Source: Callorhinchus milii
Lineage: Eukaryota
NCBI RefSeq assembly: GCF_018977255.1
Contig: NW_024704742.1
Span: 104,038,001-104,102,000 of the forward strand
Direction of reading: 5' to 3'
Length of the DNA stretch: 64,000 bases
Position 1 is the first letter of the stretch; each line of letters opens with the position of its first letter. The translations under genes and the position numbers were made by a program. Shown in pieces: positions 1 through 13,174 of this stretch. The notes below the pieces were generated by a model that was not told the origin of the DNA, searched no databases, and saw only the letters and a program-made list of their open reading frames with translations.

Positions 1-1486
1 TATTTTCAGCAGGTACATTGCCAACACATGAAATGTCAAGACCATCAATGTAGAAAATGGAAATATTACATTGCTACAGGTTTATATCCTGAGGTTGGTG
101 TCCAGGCATATTTTTATGGGACAGGGAGTATTGGTAGCATTTACTCAATTTCTAAATCGTGATATACAAACCTAGAAATGGCAGATATGGATATTCTAAG
201 TCCTATGCACTGGATCAGTGTTGGCTAACCTTTATGGCCAATAAAATAAATATTTCTTGATTGAATATTTCTTGATTTATAGCATAAATCTATGCTATTT
301 TGTTATTTCTAGGATATTTGGGGCATTCAGTAGTGCACAAATGCACTAGATATTCTGAGTCAAGATGGTTTAACTGGCAGCCCACGGATGCCATCTGGCC
401 TGGGGGACGATTTCATTCAGATTGTGAACCGTTTTCAACTCCATTGCCCGATTAGTAAATACAGTTCCCAAGCTAATCAGGACACGGTCACTGGGGGCTC
501 AGGCACAAGAGTGGCTGATCAGGATAAAATATTGCTTATGCTGCCCATGGAATTTCTCAAATCCAGCATCTGGCCCTCAGCAGCCAATAGGTTGGACCAG
601 CCTGTTCTACATAATCAATATCCCTTCTTGAGCATTCATATTGCTTTACTGACAAGAGAAAAATTCAGAAAACCCAAATTCATTCCAGTGTCAACATTTT
701 ACTCTTTTGCTGCTGTTTTCATACAACGCACAAATTATAAGTCACATGTTACACATTTCATTTATAAATCTATGTTTGTTTCAAAAGTTGATACTATGCT
801 GGGATATGACTTTTATGGCTGGCCAACAATTTTTTTTCTTGATTGAATATTTCTTGATTGATGCCATATTCAATCAAGGAAAAACCGAAAACACACTCTT
901 GACCTACCTAGACTAGTGTGAATGTTCAGGAGGTGCTTCTAGACAGCCCCATGGGCTACAAGGTGGCCACCACTTGTTTAAATATTAATGACAATGGTCT
1001 CTAGCTAAAATTTGCACAGGTAAAGAAATTACACCACAGCTGTATAGTGGTAAAGTGCTGGTTTGTGTGTTGGACTACAACTCTGCCTGCAGCCAGGAAA
1101 TACAAAGAGGTGATTTTAATATATATACATTTATAATATATATACATATATATTTAATATAATGTATATATTATATACATAGATTTAAAAATATGTTGCA
1201 ATGACATGGGTGAACTATTGAGAGTACCAGTCAATGAAATTAAGAACATTAAGCATAAATCCCTTCTACTTTTGCAGATAAATATCACTATAAATAGGGC
1301 ATTAAATAAACCGAAAGCCTGATTTACAAAAATAGAGGATTACAACCAATTAGTGGAACAGTCCTTCTGTTGTCCTTCGTACATTCATGATGTGCTTAGT
1401 ACAATATCAAAGGACACTTGGGATCTTATTCAAAGGATACTTATGATTTCAAATAAAAGGCCTGTATTTTATCAAGCGGACAACAA

Positions 1487-1685
1487 CATTCAGTTATATA
1501 GCCCTCGCCAAACAGGAAAATGCCACAACATGCTTCAGAGTCACTGCCAAAGTAGGGTGGGAACTGACCAAGGGCACAAAACTAGGTTTTTAGAAAGGTT
1601 TTGAGAGTAGAGAGTGATGAAAGGAAAGATTTAGCGTTCCAGGGAGCAGGGCAAAATGGCTGAAAGCCCCACACCAATGGCTGAA
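1487..1685 (-). mobile_element. Old L2 3' end
   Basis: gttccagggagcagggcaaaatggctgaaagcc...accaatgg resembles L2 antisense. Confidence 0.55.
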
Positions 1686-2109
1686 CTCAGTGTGTGAAAT
1701 TCTTATCCATTCAAGTTTGATTTTTTCAACACCCTCCAAAAGTGTATGTATGCCTTACTAGTTCATTCTTCCAGATTGTCCAGAATTCCACAGACCATGT
1801 CTTTTCCACGCCAGGCTCCACAAGCTCATCATCTCTCTCCATTCTTACCAGGCTTCTCTGGCTCACTATTCCCTTGTAAACTGACATTAAAATCCTTGAT
1901 CTAATCCTCAAATGCCTCCACACCCTCACAATGTGCAGAATTTGGTATGGGTAAGGATGTAGGCAGCAGAGCTTTGAATGAGCTAGACCTTTTTTGATGG
2001 TGGTCGAGACACCAGCGAGGAGTGCTTTTGAGAAATCAGTGAGAGGGAAGAATGATAGTGAATTAGACAGTATACAAGGTAAAAGAAGTAGAGGGAAATT
2101 GTCTTAAGT

Positions 2110-3910
2110 CAGAGGGAATTGTGAAGAGAACAATTGTGAGTGAATGCGATTGTAGGATGTAAGAATTATAGGACAGGAGAGAACGAGTGTTACTCACAAA
2201 GTAGATAAAGGGAACATCCAAAGTGTGAATTACTGAGTGTGAAAGAGGAAAGAGTGAGTATGAATGAAGGCAAAAATAGGAAACTGCAAGTAAGCATGAA
2301 ACAGCATGCAAGAAATAGAGAAAAAAGAAACTGACGAAAGATTAACAGGAGAGAATCAGAGGAAAGCAGAAGGAAAGTGTGAGGCAGGCACACACACAGA
2401 GAGAACAGACACACACGTAAAAACCAAACCCAAAGTATCCAGGATTGAGACAAAGAGGGAGACAGAGGCAGGAAATGATTGAGAGAAAGACAGAAAGAGA
2501 CATGGAGACAAACAGGAGACAGGCTTGTGACTCAATCACAAACCTAATTATACTTCCTCTCACTGACAACAGCTTGGTAGCATGGACCATTAATGTAAAC
2601 TCTCCTCCCTAATGTCCATCTTGGGATGGGACACTTTATTTGTTTTCTTATAATTCTGCTTCAGAATAGTAAAATAATTAGTTATAATTTTCCAACTACT
2701 TATCCCTCAATAAATGTAGTGATCAATACATGTGTTAACTCTTCTATTGGAATCACACTGCCACATAAACATCAACCGTCAGGATCTGCAACCAAAGGCT
2801 AAAACCAAAATGGATTAAAAAGTACCTTCATGAATTTCAGAGCATATATTCCCAAAAACAATAGGTGTCCTGGAGCAATTTCAAGACTTTCACCTGGGGA
2901 TTCAGGAAACTTCACTCTTGGTGTTTCCATCAATGAACCCCTCAATAAAATCATAGTCTTATATATCAGCTCCCAGTTATTTATTATAACTGTAATATAT
3001 GTATTATACCCCATGTTAAACACCAGTTATTAGTCTGTACCGGTGACATCACAATGTCTCAGTCTTCAATGTAATTTCAGTGCTGACTGTGGCCCTCAGG
3101 ACCACGGCTTTCATTTTACCAAAACTATGATGCATTTAAAAATGTAATGAGGATAATTTACTCTCATGCTTCAGATAACTTTCTTAAATCACTCCAGCTT
3201 CTATTTTCTGTCATTTTTGGTATCGTCTCAACTCTCAGAATAAATAACAAGATTTTATATTTGATATTTTTAAAATTATTCTCATGACCATGGCATTTTG
3301 ATCTGGTTTTTAAAATCATCCACCATATGAAAGCAGCAGTTTGGTGTTCGGGGAGGGGGAGGAGGAGAGACAAGTGGTTTTCCCCCTTATCCTTTCTTCT
3401 GAAAGCTGAAGACTCATGTGAGGATCATTTTCTAGGAATATTGGCAACCTCATTCTTTTATAAGTGCATTCATGTGGCTGCATGTGAGTTTTCCATCTAC
3501 TGCCAGGAACAAAGTTCTGCCTGCACAAGTGTAATTTATGTTTGTGATTGAATGCCTGTCCGGTTTGTCTCTATGTCTCTTTGGTCTTTCTCTTGGTCAT
3601 TTCCTGCCTCTGTCTCAAACCTGGTTACTAATGGGCTTGTTCTCTGGGTACCTGTCACAATGCCTTTCTGGTTCACTCTTCAGGTCTCTCTCTGATTAAT
3701 CTTTCCTTCTGAGTCTTTTCTCTCTCAATCTCTTGCACACAGTTTCATCTTTACTTGGTCTTTCCCATCTTTCCTTACATTCACACTCATTCTTTCCTCT
3801 TTCATACTCAGTCATTCACACTCTAAATATTCACTGTATCCACTTCTGTCATAAAGCTCTTATTTCCAATTAGTATACTCACTCACAATTGTTCTCCTAG
3901 CCTCTTCCCT
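2110..3910. repeat. Diverged inverted pair of purine-skewed sequence (~2110-2555 and ~3525-3910)
   Basis: Shared blocks gagaacaattgtgagtga, tgaaagaggaaaga, gagacagaggcaggaaatga, tcaatcacaaac occur in inverted collinear order. Confidence 0.85.
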
Positions 3911-3974
3911 CTTTGGAAGGTTGGGAATCTGTATGAAAATATCACGAGGATCAGGGGAACCCACCTACATTGCA

Positions 3975-4380
3975 TTCAACAATTTCTGAAGGACTTGGAC
4001 TTAGTGCCTAATAAAGCCTTCATAAAGAAAATGGAAGCTATGGGACTAAATGCGTCAAGTTTTGGATTGTATCGAGAATTTATATTCCAGTTCCAAGATC
4101 CATGTAAGGGTTCACAGTAGATCCCCGAGCCTATCCATCTTGAAAAAGCGGAGGGGGTAAGGCAAGGCCCAATATCACCCACCTTATTCAATATATTCAA
4201 CAATGATATATTAGATGGCTTCAAGGGGGGGAAGAATTGGTGTCTATATTCCAGATATTCCTGACAGAATCTGCTTTTTCTGTTTGCAGACGTTATTGTG
4301 CTGCTGGACTCACCTGGAAATCTTAGGCGCTGCACTCACTCAGTCGCCTTGAACAGTGGAACAGTGGAACACGATTGGTG
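3975..4380 (+). mobile_element. Degenerate non-LTR reverse transcriptase fragment (RTE/RTEX-like; differs from the L2 copies)
   Basis: Frameshifted translation DLVPNKAFIKKMEAMG..IENLY..VRV / GVRQG.ISPTLFNIFNNDIL / LFADVIVLL. Confidence 0.75.
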
Positions 4381-6054
4381 CCCCCAAATTGGAAATGCGG
4401 TTCTGCCCCGCTCAACAGAGGACCCCAGTTCTTGATTTTTATCGAAACTTGGGGTTGGGAGGACAACAACTTTTCCCTGCGCTGGCCTGACGGGACGGCA
4501 CTGAGAAGAGGCGAATGACAAGACTATTCTTGTCTTTCTTCAAGAATAGCAAGGTCACAATAGGGACAGGGATTTTTCCACTCACCTCCGGTGAACCTTT
4601 CAGGCCAAAGCCCTAATGTATAGAATAGTTCCAGCTAAACAAGTGGTGGGAAACCTCTACAGACAGCGCTTTCAATGGCAATTTTTGTGGAATTAGCTAG
4701 TTAAACTCCAGCATTACCCCAATGCAAACTCTGGGGTCCAGAAGCCTTGGCTCTTGCTAGCCCTTGCTTATTAACTGTGTTTAGTTGGTTAGAATCGTGA
4801 CGAATTTCCATATGCATCAGGTACCCAGCTGACCAAACAAAATGACTTGTAAATAAACACTGTACACTATATTTTCAGTTTTAATCCATGTTTTTCTCTA
4901 TGAATTTTCTCTCATTTTCGTTTTAATAATAATCCTTACATTTTGCAAACATTGGGTATAAATATGACCAAACAGAAGCTATTGAATTGTGCCTCCTAAA
5001 CTGCATACAATTCAAAGGAAACCCATCTCACCATTAACAAATTTACAAGCAGTCAGAAAGCCCAAACAAAGAACGAACCCTGACCCTGAATTGGACAATT
5101 TAGTTAGGCTTCCCACAGGGGACCCTATGTTCCGAACCATCAATCTCTATTCTTTCTGCTTCACCTGACTGACGTTATTGGCAATGTACAAGTAAAGTCC
5201 AATAATTCATATTCCACGTTCAAAATCTTTGAGCTCCCTTGAATGCCCAATTTCAACCATTGTAGTTTAAAATCTTTCATTTTGGTGAGTAAATGCAGCT
5301 GCTCTATCCCTCTCCCAATTGAGATAACATTCTATCAAATGTCATTGTGAACAGTGGCTCCACTTCTCTGGCACGTAATAATCAACAACCTTTGCTATCT
5401 CGAAGAGCCAGTTAATCAACCTATCTTTAGCCTTAATCAGCATGTTGACTGAGTCGATCTCAAAAACTATTCATCACCTCCGCTTACAAACCTAAAACTG
5501 TGTTCACTTATCTCTGGATTTTGACTGTTGTGTCATTTTAGTCTTACAAAAAAAACTTTACATAGTTAATTACATAGTTAATGAGAGAATGTATTTGGCA
5601 CTACAAACCAGCTGACTGGATGGGCTTAGAAAATTCTTTGCTGGCCATTCCTGGATGGAAATGCTGGATATAGTCCACTGATCTTTCCATCTGCACCAGT
5701 GAAGCAGCCAGTGTTATTCTCCCCAGTATCATAGGAATTATACTTATCTTTTTCTATCTATTTCCCCCTAGTATAGGAATTATTCAGTCTCATCTTTTTT
5801 TTCCAAAGCTGCCTCTTAAATCTGTAACTACCCCACTGTTAACTACCTACTATGTCCTCTCTCCATTCTTATTACTTCAACAACGTTCCTCCTGTCCACA
5901 CCCTGAATCTCTTCTGGGCAGCTCGATGGCTTCCCTCTTCTCCGACAGGCACCTGTTCCATTATGCTCAGTTGCACAAGCCTCTGGCTGCCACATCCTTT
6001 TCCACCAAACCTCCTTATGCCTTCTTGCTGGCCTCCATGCCCCCTGCACCCTCT

Positions 6055-6289
6055 GTCCTACCAGTAGTGGGCAAGCCGTCAGCCACTTTGCCTCCCCTAT
6101 CTTTGGAACTCTCTCTAAATTCCTCTGCCTTGCACCCTCCTCATCCACTTTCAAAACCTTTCTGATTCTGACTGTTTCTTCTGCTCTCTTCTTCCTACCC
6201 TATTTGGGGCTGCAAATCTATCTCTGATAAGTGCTTTGAACTGTTTAACTATGGGAAAGGAACTATATAAAGTATAAGTTGCGTTGTTA
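6055..6289 (+). mobile_element. Old L2 3' end
   Basis: gggcaagccgtcagcc...tggaactctct...aagtgctttga...tataagttgcgttgtt. Confidence 0.6.
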
Positions 6290-6434
6290 GCCAATTCCAA
6301 AGAGTTTAGGTGCAGGTTGGGGACCACAACGTATGCATTAGTAGGAGATTAAACAGCTACAGTATTACAAAATACTGTTACGTTTTCCAATGCTTGTGTA
6401 CCTAGGTCCATTCAACTAATTTGGGCTTTGGGTT

Positions 6435-6801
6435 AATAATAATAACCCTTGTATTTGAAATAGCGCTCTTCATGTCTTCCCGACGTCTCAAAGTGCTTCA
6501 CAGAATGTACTGCAAAGTGAATCAACTGTATATTTTGTGGGAGAAACGCGGCAGCTAACTGCGCACAGCAGCGTCCCACAAACAATCGTGGACTGAGTGA
6601 CCGAACTATTACCTTTTTTAGAGAATATTATCCCTGGAAAGGCGATCCGCCAATCGACTAACAACCGGATTCCTACTTACTACTAAGTAAATAGAGGAGT
6701 GTGGAGTAAAGAAACTTGCCCAACATTTCGCCCTGCTGGGAATGGAACCCAGGTCTCTCGCTTGCGAGGCAAGTGCTCTAACCACTGAGCTACAGGACTC
6801 C
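6435..6801 (-). mobile_element. tRNA-derived SINE, full-length long form
   Basis: Head GGAGTCCTGTAGCTCAGTGGTTAGAGCAC...GGTTCCATTCCC (A/B boxes); L2-like tail with (TAT)n; multiple copies in window. Confidence 0.9.
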
Positions 6802-7010
6802 ACAATAAAATGGAGTCACTGAGTGGAATAGGCACTGAGTGGAAGAAACGCTGCCAAAGAGTCAGGATGACTGGTCCATCATCTACAGAGATGAAAGAGA
6901 ATGCTGATCTCTGTGACTCATGTTTCTCTTCTAATAACCTTGACAAAGAACCTTACTATATTGGTCCATTTTATTCAGACATTATAATGGTGGTTGTTTT
7001 TACCCTGACA

Positions 7011-7146
7011 ACATAGAATCATAGAATTATACAGCACAGAAGGAGGCCATTCGTGTCAGCTCTTTGAAAAGAGCTATCCAAATCAATCCCACTCACCCGT
7101 CCCCTCCCCATAGCCCTGCAAACTTGTCCTCCCAAAATAATTATCT
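7011..7146 (-). mobile_element. CR1 LINE 3' end
   Basis: Reverse complement of 20282-20430. Confidence 0.85.
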
Positions 7147-7377
7147 AGAATATGTAGAAACCAATGTGGAAATAGACATGGGACAGTGAGATTCAAGCAA
7201 AAAATGCAAGCATGCAAAAGTAAATGGGCCCAGTAACCTTGTAATCATGCAGATCTCTTTATGCATGGGAGTAAAACAATCAAATACACAGTCACTCCAT
7301 TTCACAGTAAATCCTGTCCTCCCGATGTGAAAGCCCCTTTCCCAAATTCAAGGAGTATTACTACAATCTATCATTAG

Positions 7378-7490
7378 AGTTAGAGAGAGAGAGAGAATTA
7401 GAGAGAAAAAGAGAAAGAGGAAGAGAGACAGAAACAGGTTGAAAGTTACAAAGATTCAATGTTGGAGAGGAAAGAGAAAGAAAGAAAATG
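7378..7490. repeat. GA-rich low-complexity tract
   Basis: Direct reading. Confidence 0.7.
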
Positions 7491-8702
7491 ATTAAAAAAA
7501 ACATATTATTCCTGACCATAAATCCTGATAGAATTGTTTTACTCAGCATTGCAGACAGTTTATATTTGACCAATTGTACGCACGGTTTGTTAATCCACAA
7601 TCAGGTCAGTCCCAAACAGTACAGATAATTGTCTCATTGCTGCAGTTTTAAAATTTACAATTGTCCAGTATTATAGAAATGTTTAAATTCAGCTTTAATT
7701 TGGAAGACAGTTTTCTATTCTTGAGGGGAAATCCAAATTATGACTAAATTGTTCAAAACATTCCACACCATCTTAAATTTAAAGACAGTGGTAAGACCTA
7801 TAATGAGAGATCATGGGTTATCTACATTTGCAGCTAAAATCATGTTTGCAGTTACACAAAGGTTAAACAAAGCACTGGTACCAACCTACGTCCTTTAGGG
7901 CTGTCAAGAAGTGCCCCCCACCCCCAAAACATTTGGATGAGTCTAGGTAAGTCCACGTTCGATCAGTAGTGTGCTTTCAATTTTTTCTTGATTGAATATT
8001 TTGATTTATCATATAAATCAAGAAATGTTCAATCAAGAAAATGTATTTTGTTGGCTGACCATAAAAGTTGGCCATCGCTGGTTTCAAGAATTTCACTCAC
8101 AGCACAAATTTTGTTATTCAACGTGCCAAATTGATCTTCGCAGCCAGCTCTACCATTGTTAAAAATACACAGAATATGGTGCAAAATGCAAACACAAGGA
8201 ATAACTACGATAGGAAAAAATTCAACAGCAATTTGGATTTAAGAGGCCTTTATTTTAATCAGGGCAGCGTATATCACTGTTTGCTAGCTATCCTTTAGGG
8301 TTTCATTGCACAATATTCTTCCCCAAGTTACTTCAAGCTTCTGCAGTTTTATTAATGTGCAGTTTATCCCAGAACATTCGAAGGAAAGAACTTTCAACAG
8401 AAAACTGTACAATACAAAAAAACTTCACGTTTGCTATTCAAGTATACTACCAAATGTACTGACTAAAGCAGGACTGAAAAACTAAAACTATGCAAATGCA
8501 ATAGGGAATTTAGTCTGGATATAGAAAGTAAGACTGAGAATTTATGATTGCTCAGTAATCACACAGCTAATTTGTTTCAAGAATAAACCTAGAAACATCA
8601 GTAGGGATTTAGTCAGAAACTGAAACACCAGCCTTTAGTCATTGACGAACAGAAGACATGGGCGTAATGTTAATTACTGTAAGTGGGTACTGCAAGACTT
8701 AC

Positions 8703-8793
8703 CTTTCAGCCGTTCCAGCAGATCAATCTGTCCAGCAGAAGCCAAAGCCAGAGCCTCGTCCTCAATGCTACCCTGCAGCTGCTTCAGGACCTC
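8703..8793 (-). CDS. APC: APC second coding exon, 91 nt: EVLKQLQGSIEDEALALASAGQIDLLERLK plus one base
   Basis: Matches human EVLKQLQGSIEDEAMASSGQIDLLERLK as recalled. Acceptor ctgcag|GAG in phase 0 fits the previous exon; donor AAAG|gtaagt in phase 1. Confidence 0.96.
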
Positions 8794-10683
8794 CTGCAGC
8801 ACGAAGTGAAGCATAATCAGAAAGGCTAGAATCATACTGAAACACGTTGTACAAGAGACACGCTGCACACCACCCAGCAGCTGATAACTGAAAACAACAC
8901 CGCTGAGAGCATCAGAAATATTTGGTCCTGACCTGTTTCATACGCCATTTCAAATGAAAGGCAAAGAAAGTTAGATGTGGCCTAACTATTCGCACATCTG
9001 CAATAGCCCAGCACTTTAACAATGATCTGTCCTCCTTCACTACATATCTGGTGCTCTTTGCATACAAATCTAATATGTGCCTACGTGGCTAGCACTCCTT
9101 AGTTCTACAGTAGAAATGCTCAATTGTATTTTAAAACATTTCTATTCCACAAGGTGCCCCCTACAAGTAACAGATCTTCCACAAAAGGCACACCCAGCTG
9201 ACAGAGGCACTACATTAGCATTGATTTACACAGATTAACAACATGCAAGCCTAAAGAGGAGGAGCTGTCCTGGTCCATTATCTTCCCAGTACATTGGTTA
9301 AATAAAGCTGCAATTATACAACATTTTCAGAGTCACCTTGGTAAATGCCAAAAACGCTTTATACTGGTATCGTTCCTCCTCCCACAGGAAAGCATCAGCC
9401 AACAAATCCAGAGCACAGGCGCAATGTCTCAGCTTCCCCCTGACTGTTCAACACGCCCTGCACAAACTGGCTGGTGCTAACATGCTTCCTGCAGTATTGA
9501 CTTACATTCCTAGTCAATTCAACATCAAGGCTTATAACGTAGTTATGACAAGACTTTTCATTACAACAATGCAGGCAATCCTGTACTTTATTTTAGAACT
9601 ACAGTATATGAAAGAACTCAAATTGCTTTTGAATGACAATGAGTGAGAAACCATGAAATTTGTGAAGCTAATGAAATAGTTACAGCATAGGAATTCCTGA
9701 CATCATATTTGTGAACCACATCTGGAAAAAAAGTCGATCATTGATGGACCAGACTGCAGTATAGTCTAGTGCTGTTCCCATTCGTGTCCCAAATTTCTTT
9801 TGAGATTCTTGATCACCTTGGACTCTGAAATGCTCTACACTGTCCAGCACCTTGGGACGTCCTCCCAACGTGAAAGGAGCTATACAAATGTAATCTTGTT
9901 GTTCTCTGTCTACTAGTTAAAATGATGCAAAATCTTCCATAACCCCTATATACTTTCAGCAATTTGCATTTTAAGTAAGTTTACAGAAATGAAAATAACT
10001 AGATTATTAAGTGAATATTTATTTTAATGGAATGACCTGCCAGTACAAACCTTATGTAAACTTCTCTTTTTGATACACATATGCAAGCGAAATGGATCAA
10101 AGATCCAAACTTATTAAATGGAAAACCTCAAATTAAAGTGTTTTTTTAAATAAAAAAACAGCCACATCTTATGCCACTGCTAGAAATAAAGACAGCACTA
10201 AATTTAAAGCTAAAGCAGGCAACAGTGCTTGTGGATTGCTCAGTTCTGCTAATTCAGCATTCTTACTCCTAACAGCAGGTTTGGCTTTGTAATTACCAAT
10301 TGAGAACGGGGTAAAAGACCAGAAAATGGCAGCAACCTTGTTTCTTCATGTAAGTAACCCCTCAAACATTTTCTTTCTTAATAGTCCAAGGCAGCTGCTC
10401 TGTCAAGGAACTGTAACTCTTCCAGCTGCACAGGAAAGAAACTACAGTGCATGCTCATTAGCCTGTATCATTGGAAATCCAATAGACCTATAATTTTTCA
10501 CTAGGAAATGTTTTGTTAATCTTAAAACAGTAAGACTGGAGGAAATGGACACAAAAATACTGTGAAGAGAAATTATGCATTTTGTAAGTGCTGAATATCT
10601 TAAGTCGCCTACTCCATACACTTGGCTGTTTTAACTATTTATGGGGCAGGCACTCTTCACAATTCTTTAAAAAAAACTGTCTT

Positions 10684-10952
10684 ACATAGAATATACAGCC
10701 ATTCACCCAACTGGTCTATGCCAGCATTTATGCTCCACATGAGTCTCCTCCTGCCCTTCCTCAACTAGGCCTATCAGCATACCCTTCTATTCCTTTCTCC
10801 CTCATGTACTTACCTAGCTTCCCCTTAAATACATCTATGCTATGCACCTCAACTACTCCTTCCACATTCCCAGCACTCTCTGGGTAAAGAAGTTTCTTCT
10901 GACTTCCCTATTTGATTTATTGGTGACTATTTTATATTTATGGCCTCTTCAT
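10684..10952 (-). mobile_element. CR1 3' fragment
   Basis: acatagaatatacagc...ttccacattcccagcactctctgggtaaagaagtttc. Confidence 0.7.
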
Positions 10953-11204
10953 TTGCTAGTTATTACTCTTTATTTGCTAGTTATTATTTTTAAAGAAGCC
11001 TGTGGAAAACATGCAACTCCAAGATACTAAAAGCATTTAAAAGAGACAAGGAAACCAAATAACATTTTCAGTGGAAAGCGCTTGGGGCTTTGGTTTTGAA
11101 ATGCTTCAAGACCAGAGGCTTCAAGCCACAAGTTGATAGATATTTCCAAACAACATGTCCATCATTCATTGAACGTGATCAGACAATGTACGGATGTCAA
11201 GAAA

Positions 11205-11336
11205 ACAGCCTTCAGCTCCCCTCTCGACTCTCTTCCCCCCTGCTTGGGTCATGACCCAACTGTGCAGCGCCTTGGGACATCCTCCTGACGTGAAAGGCGC
11301 TTTATAAATGGAATCTTGTTGTTGTTGTTGTTTGTT
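11205..11336 (+). mobile_element. L2 3'-end fragment
   Basis: gccttcagctcccctctcgact...agcgccttgggacatcctcctgacgtgaaaggcgct...(ttg)n. Confidence 0.85.
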
Positions 11337-11561
11337 ACTGACGTTGTAGACTAACTATACAGCCAACCATGGCAATTAGTGTGCACGTTTTATGAATATT
11401 TCCCTCATCGAATGTCAGTGAGATACGCCAACACTGATATAATGTTGGTATGATGTACTATGCAAAGAATCACTTCAAAACCCTTTCCACAAGTAAAGAA
11501 ATATCAATGAGGGATATGTGAAGAAATAAATTACCTAGAATCACAGAAACTAAAGCACTGA

Positions 11562-11840
11562 AACAACAACAAGATTACATTTGTATAGTGCCTTTCACGT
11601 TGGGAGGACGTCCCAAGGCACTGGACAGTGTACAGCATTTCAGACCCGAGCTGGGATCAGGGGGGGAGAAGGGAGGGGAGGGAAAGGGGGGTGGTCGATG
11701 GCATGGTCGAAGAGGAAGGTCTTGAGGTGGGACTTGAAGGAGGCTAAGGAGAGGGCGAGGCGGAGTGACTGGGGGATGGAATTCCAGAGGTTGGGGGCAG
11801 AGTGGCTGAAGGCTCTCCCGCCAATGGTGGGGCAGGTGGG
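11562..11840 (-). mobile_element. L2 3'-end fragment
   Basis: Reverse complement of the L2 tail and 3' UTR. Confidence 0.9.
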
Positions 11841-12357
11841 TCAGGCTCGACTATGCAAACTCCCTACTTGTCGGCCTCCCCAACTCCTCCCTCCATAGGT
11901 TTCAGATCATCCAGAACTCTGCAGCCCATGTCCTTATCCCGCACCAGGCTCCACGACCCTATCACCACCATCCTCGCCTGACTCCAATGGCTTGCCATCA
12001 CACAGAGGATACAGTTCAAGATCCTGGTCCTCACCTTCAAAGTCCTCCATGGCCTTGCTCCCCCCTACCTCTGCAACCTTCTAACCCTGTACCAATCTTC
12101 CCGCTCGATCCACTCAGCGGACTCCAGCCTGCTTCACGTCCCCCTCCGCTCCCGGCCCACCATTGGCAGGCAGGCCTTCAGCCACTCTACCCCCACCCTC
12201 TTGAACTCCATCCTGGAGTCTCTCCCCCTTGTACCCTCCCTTGTCTCTTTCAAGACCTATCTCAAGACCCTCCTCTTCAACCGTGCCTTCGTTCACCCTC
12301 CTTCCTTCCACCCTCCCGACGTGAAAGGCGCTATACAAATGTCATTTTGTTGTTGTT
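11841..12357 (+). mobile_element. L2 3' fragment
   Basis: RLDYANS and IQNSAA coding remnants plus tail. Confidence 0.9.
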
Positions 12358-13174
12358 AATAACATTTAAAAAGACCTAAAGAGAAGCCTTTAAAGTGGAA
12401 TATCCTTGATTTTTCTTCTTAATTATTTTAGGACAATAACTCACTATTTTTAAAATGAAGAAGTAAAGTACTTGATGGACTTCGTAATCAGAGATACAAT
12501 TTTTCACATTTAATATATGCTGAGAATGGACTCAATCAGACAGTGTTCTCAGCTACTCAATGCTCAATATTTTGCATGGAACATCTCTCAGCCTCTCTTA
12601 ATATCGAAATTTTACTTTCCTGTAAAACCCTGATTATATAACTTGCCCCTGGACTCAGGTATTGGTCCATCACCTGATTCGATCTCAGCTTCCTCCCTGC
12701 TAATATCCCCAACTAATTTACAGTGACAACAATTTAAGTATATTGAAATTTACTCACCACACTGCTTTTCTACTAGTCATTTGCTAACTTACTATGCACA
12801 TGTTTGAAAGCATTTCCCTCCTGGAGTAATGCCAGTCAATCATTAGTAGTTTAATGTGAGCTGAGTGCTCGATGTATCCCAGATACAACATTACTTATTG
12901 TTACAAAAGAATGTTTGGTAGGAAGTTGAATGTCATGCCGGTGTTTATTCTTTCCTTTTCCTCTTCCTCCTCTGTTTTTTTCTACGTCTCTAAATATGTT
13001 TCCATTTCCTTGAAATCTAGTCGTGTGTACACTGACAACATGATGATGGTGCTACAGGTTTTCTGCAGTTTCAAAATGTATTAAATCTTTATATTCATTT
13101 AAGTGATTTGTTCTTAAAAGGATTTGATACATTTACTTTTTAAAAATAAACCAGTTGCTGGTAAAAACTATGGC

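Noticed and set aside
388..846. 152-aa ORF
   Set aside because: No recognisable homology, antisense within an intron, and runs into a repeat.
2799..3023. Possible third APC coding exon (VKFPESPG)
   Set aside because: Does not match the expected ELNLDSSNFPGVKLRSK; that exon probably lies beyond the window start.
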